A stretch of 64,000 bases of DNA, from positions 19,273 through 83,272 of the forward strand of contig JBAXTZ010000002.1 in the NCBI GenBank assembly GCA_037129925.1, given 5' to 3'. Below the pieces are notes generated by a model, which was not told where the DNA came from, made no database searches, and worked only from the letters and a program-made list of their open reading frames with translations. Made by a program: the position numbers and the translations under genes. Positions 61,053-64,000 of the stretch are shown in pieces (position 1 is the stretch's first letter; every line of letters starts with the position of its first letter). The DNA comes from Bacillota bacterium. GTDB taxonomy: Bacteria; Bacillota; Negativicutes; JBAXTZ01.

Positions 61053-62348
61053 TTATAACTCCGCTTTCACTAACTCCGAACTTTCTATCGGCGAAACTCT
61101 AACCAACATTATTCGATAATCTTCGGTCTTTAATATTTCGAATCGAAAACCATGTAAGTTGATTAGGTCGCCTTCTTGAGGCTTGCGTTCGAGAACGCCG
61201 AACAGATAGCCACCGAGCGTGTCTTCATCGTGCTGTTCAAAATTTACATCCAAAATATCCGATACATCTTCTAATAGAACCATACCGGCGAACAAATATC
61301 CACCACCAGGGATTATCGTAACCGGGTCAAGGGTGATTTCATCATGTTCATCATGGATTTCCCCAACTATTTCCTCAAGAATATCCTCCAGTGTCACAAG
61401 GCCGGCTGTGCCGCCGTATTCGTCTATGAGGATAGCCAAGTGAATGCGATGTTTACGCATTTTTTGCATGAGAGCACTGACTTCGATATGTTGTGTGACC
61501 ATCAGGACTTCACGCCTGATGGCATGAAAATTAACTTCGTTGACAACTGAAAAAAGGTTAGTGGCTTCTAATAAATCGCGAATGTGAATCATGCCGATAA
61601 TGTTGTCTTTGTCATTATCACAAAGGGGATAGCGGGTGTGGCCGGATGAACGAATTATTTCCAGATTTGCTTCAATGGAATCTTCGGTATGTAAACAAAT
61701 CATGTTTTTACGTGGTACCATGATTTCAATTGCCGTACGATCGGCAAAGTCAAAAACATTATCGATTATTTGGCTTTCGACATCATCGAGAATTCCATCG
61801 CGTTGCGAGGCAGAAATCAGCATCCGCAATTCTTCTTCAGAATGGCTTTCGTCGGTTTCATTGATATCTTTTATACCAAACAATCCGAGGATAATCCGTG
61901 ATGAATAGTTGAAAATAATGGTAATAAAATAAGTGGCTTTTTTGAAATAATACAACGGGTAAACTATTATTGTTAGGATTGGCTCGACTTTTTTTAAGGC
62001 TAGTGACCGTGGCACTAGTTCTCCGACAACGACATGGAGAAAGGTAATTGCGCTAAAAGCAATTGCAAAGCTGATAGCGCTTAGCAGAAATTTTGAATGT
62101 AAGAAATATTTAAAAATATAATCGTCCAATAATGAGGCGATTGCCGGCTCGCCTAACCAGCCGATTGCAAGTGAGGTCAGCGTAATTCCTAATTGCGTGG
62201 CGCTTAGATATGAATCAAGCGCATCCACCATGCCAAGTGCTATTTTGGCGGGCTTATTGCCGTCGTTAGCCAATTCTTCTAACCGGGTGCGGCGAACACG
62301 AATAAGCGAAAACTCCGCCATGACAAAAAAACCATTAGCGAATATCAA
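61053..62348 (-). CDS. Hemolysin-family (CNNM/DUF21-CBS-CorC) membrane protein; true start may be 62393
   Basis: ANGFFVMAEFS, QLGIT, GELVP, CBS pair, DEYGGTAGLVTLEDILEEIVGEI. Confidence 0.93.
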   Translation of the reverse strand: MIFANGFFVMAEFSLIRVRRTRLEELANDGNKPAKIALGMVDALDSYLSATQLGITLTSLAIGWLGEPAIASLLDDYIFKYFLHSKFLLSAISFAIAFSAITFLHVVVGELVPRSLALKKVEPILTIIVYPLYYFKKATYFITIIFNYSSRIILGLFGIKDINETDESHSEEELRMLISASQRDGILDDVESQIIDNVFDFADRTAIEIMVPRKNMICLHTEDSIEANLEIIRSSGHTRYPLCDNDKDNIIGMIHIRDLLEATNLFSVVNEVNFHAIRREVLMVTQHIEVSALMQKMRKHRIHLAILIDEYGGTAGLVTLEDILEEIVGEIHDEHDEITLDPVTIIPGGGYLFAGMVLLEDVSDILDVNFEQHDEDTLGGYLFGVLERKPQEGDLINLHGFRFEILKTEDYRIMLVRVSPIESSELVKAEL

Positions 62349-62398
62349 AATAAATGTTATAAATATCTTTAAAAGTACCGTCTGGGTTTCTATGACTG

Positions 62399-63004
62399 TT
62401 ACCCCGCTTTACTTATATTATTATTTGGCATTATCGCGCCGGCCGATAAGAAAAACTGAATGGCGCTTTCAGTAGTGACGTCTAGCGTTATAACAGTTTC
62501 ACGTTTAACAAATAAATTTGTTCCGGTCGTCATGTTAATGCTAAACGGAATGAATACACAAATATAATTTTCTGGCAGCGAACGGCTCAACTCGACACTC
62601 AAATCCGGCATAATAAAACCGAGCGCATAGGAACCGTCTTTGGGGTAAGGTATGAGGACTGCGTCCTTGAAAAACTGCTTGCTGTCGAATAGCGCGCTTT
62701 GAATTTGTTTGACAACCTTAAAAATAGATTTTACCAATGGTATTGATGACAGCAACTGCTCAGCGTGGCTAATCCAGTTTTTAAGAAAAAAATATGAAGA
62801 CAACCATCCACAGATTATGATTAGAACGATTCCGGAAATTATGCCAATTCCTGGGATGTGAATTGGAATAAAATCGCCGATTATTTGATCCAAAAATTGT
62901 AAAATTTTTGTAACGATCATTAATGTCAGCGCAACAGGGGCAATGATTATTAGTCCGTTTAAAAAATACCGATACAGCGGCTTGAGCAACGCTTTAATTT
63001 TCAT
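62399..63004 (-). CDS. DUF502 family membrane protein
   Basis: FLNGL...P..LT, IPLVKSI...KQ, VLIPYP..G.Y.LGF, VFIP...TTG. Confidence 0.85.
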   Translation of the reverse strand: MKIKALLKPLYRYFLNGLIIIAPVALTLMIVTKILQFLDQIIGDFIPIHIPGIGIISGIVLIIICGWLSSYFFLKNWISHAEQLLSSIPLVKSIFKVVKQIQSALFDSKQFFKDAVLIPYPKDGSYALGFIMPDLSVELSRSLPENYICVFIPFSINMTTGTNLFVKRETVITLDVTTESAIQFFLSAGAIMPNNNISKAG

Positions 63005-63017
63005 AGTAATCTCCGCG

Positions 63018-63899
63018 CTAAAATCCTAATGTTTTTAACGATCCATCAACATCGCGCCAGTCGCGTTTGACTTTGACCCATAGATCAAGGTAAATTTTAC
63101 AACCCAGCAATGCTTCGGCTTCAGTTCGCGCTTGTTGACCGACTAATTTCAGCATTGATCCACTAGCGCCGACGATGATTCCCTTTTGCGATTCGCGCTC
63201 AACATAAATCGTCGCCCGGCAGTACATCATGCCGTTATCGCGATATTTTATTTCGTCGATATCGACCGCGACCGAATGAGGTATTTCATCGGTGGTATTG
63301 TTGAGGATTTTTTCGCGGATAATTTCTGCAACAATCAATCGCTCCGGCTGGTCAGTGACCATATCGTCCGGAAAATATTTGGGACCGATTGGAAGCAGTC
63401 CAATTAACAGCGATTCCAATTTATCGAGATTGATACCTTTTAGCGCTGAAATTGGCAAAATATGAGTAAAATCGAAATTCAGTTTAGCTGGGAGGGCGAA
63501 GATCGCCGCTTCATCAGCACGGTCAATTTTGTTTATCAACAAGATTGCCGGCGCCTTGGAGCGTTTCAGCAATTCAATTATATATTGTTCACCCGGACCT
63601 GGTTTTTCTGCGGCATCGACAATGTAGCATATCGCGTCAACTTCCGATAGCGAACCTAACACGGCGTGCATCATCTTTTCGCCTAATTTGGTCTTGGGTT
63701 TGTGAACGCCAGGCGTATCCAAAAAAACAATCTGTGCATCATCAGTAGTATGAATTCCCATAACTCTAGTCCGTGTTGTTTGCGGCTTGTCTGAAACAAT
63801 TGAAACTTTTTGTTTTACGATGTAGTTAATTAAAGTTGATTTACCGGCATTAGGTCGTCCAATTACTGCTACGAATCCGGATTTAAAATTTGCTGACAT
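63018..63899 (-). CDS. era: GTPase Era
   Basis: GRPNAGKSTL, KPQTTR, DTPG, NKID, KH domain. Confidence 0.98.
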   Translation of the reverse strand: MSANFKSGFVAVIGRPNAGKSTLINYIVKQKVSIVSDKPQTTRTRVMGIHTTDDAQIVFLDTPGVHKPKTKLGEKMMHAVLGSLSEVDAICYIVDAAEKPGPGEQYIIELLKRSKAPAILLINKIDRADEAAIFALPAKLNFDFTHILPISALKGINLDKLESLLIGLLPIGPKYFPDDMVTDQPERLIVAEIIREKILNNTTDEIPHSVAVDIDEIKYRDNGMMYCRATIYVERESQKGIIVGASGSMLKLVGQQARTEAEALLGCKIYLDLWVKVKRDWRDVDGSLKTLGF

Positions 63900-64000
63900 A
63901 TAACCCCTTTATGATAAAATTCCCTACGATTATATCACAAATCTCAAAAAAAAGAGGAATTCAAAATATTATGCCGAATATATACATAACAATAGTATGA

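Noticed and set aside
61053-62348. 'Hemolysin' gene as part of the RTX toxin system
   Set aside because: It is a CNNM/CBS/CorC ion-homeostasis family protein in the era-recO operon, unrelated to RTX toxins.

Overview
Chromosomal window from a diderm Firmicute, probably Negativicutes-like. The inference rests on PolC, a T-box and the rimP-nusA-ylxR-ylxQ-infB operon occurring together with outer-membrane beta-barrels and a T1SS. About 46 kb is housekeeping: pnp end, ndk, EF-G paralogue, trxB, smc, rplS, uppS-cdsA-dxr-rseP-ispG-proS-polC, rimP...ileS-lspA-RluA family, fba, T-box-thrS, radC, transketolase, recO, era. The accessory part (~9.8-27.4 kb) is a type I secretion/RTX locus: palindrome-overlapped promoter, small membrane ORF, HlyB, HlyD, an inverse-autotransporter-like gene, then two tandem cassettes. 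Each cassette reads [80-bp hairpin element]-[partner gene]-[variable N-terminal domain]-[~1-kb conserved block containing a FrpC-type Asp-Pro self-processing module]. Cassette 1 (TPR partner) is truncated. Cassette 2 (membrane partner, glycine-zipper head) continues into a 2881-aa RTX/cadherin-like/subtilase protein. This looks like a polymorphic effector system with swappable N-terminal heads and upstream partner (immunity or anchor) genes. Other oddities: a frameshifted PolC lacking the exonuclease insert, an orphan lasso-peptide B2 protease, and a DUF5665-like triplication. All family calls come from manual motif recognition; no searches were run.
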